Below are positions 63,896 to 64,000 of a stretch of 64,000 nucleotides of DNA, piece by piece. This DNA comes from Nostoc sp. DedSLP01 (lineage in GTDB: Bacteria > Cyanobacteriota > Cyanobacteriia > Cyanobacteriales > Nostocaceae). A program made the translations under genes and the position numbers. Position 1 is the first letter of the stretch, and each line of letters begins with the position of its first letter. The notes below the pieces were generated by a model that worked only from the letters and a program-made list of their open reading frames with translations, searched no databases and had not been told where the DNA came from. The stretch covers positions 20,778-84,777 of the forward strand of contig JAVRCJ020000032.1 in assembly GCA_034530875.2 (NCBI GenBank). Direction: 5' to 3'.

Positions 63896-64000
63896 GATTT
63901 TTCTAATCATCCGCAATGGAATTATGAATCTGGATGGAAAAATACTTTAAATAATCTGCGTCTTATTATCCAACCACTTTTACTATTTTGGTTAATTTAT
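63896..64000 (+). mobile_element. C-terminal fragment of an IS701-family-like transposase (continues beyond the window)
   Basis: DFSNHPQWNYESGWKNTLNNLRLIIQPLLLFWLIY resembles the C-terminus of cyanobacterial IS701-type transposases as recalled from memory. No upstream part of the gene is present. Confidence 0.6.

Overview
A 64 kb chromosomal window from a heterocyst-forming cyanobacterium, most likely Nostoc or a close relative. The evidence is frequent HIP1 octamers (GCGATCGC), heptameric STRR tracts, many MITE-like and small dispersed repeats, and genes such as chlI, ycf3 and hli. Housekeeping genes (chlI, pgk, thyX, gatC, ycf3, prs, bioD) alternate with accessory loci. The main accessory loci are: (1) a pair of STAND-like ATPase genes, one fused to TPR, TM and periplasmic-binding domains and missing from the ORF track; (2) thyX interrupted at its motif serine by a 453-aa HNH intein; (3) a five-gene cluster divergent from prs (UbiA-type phosphoribosyltransferase, HAD phosphatase, SMR flippase, SDR, GT-C) that reads like a lipid-linked pentose glycosylation pathway; (4) a full-length C2/globin/oxygenase/reductase nitric oxide synthase divergent from an XRE-HK-RR-hybrid HK operon; (5) directly downstream, a microviridin RiPP cluster with a KFPSD core variant, a LamG-patatin gene and an ABC transporter. 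At fine scale, several in-frame micro-insertions split HIP1 or HIP1-like sites, one of them triply nested. A kinase-GUN4 gene appears collapsed by a deletion whose junction is a HIP1 site. A short nifE-like relic abuts an IS701-like fragment at the right edge. No rRNA, tRNA or CRISPR array was recognised. All family calls come from motif recognition by eye, not database searches.
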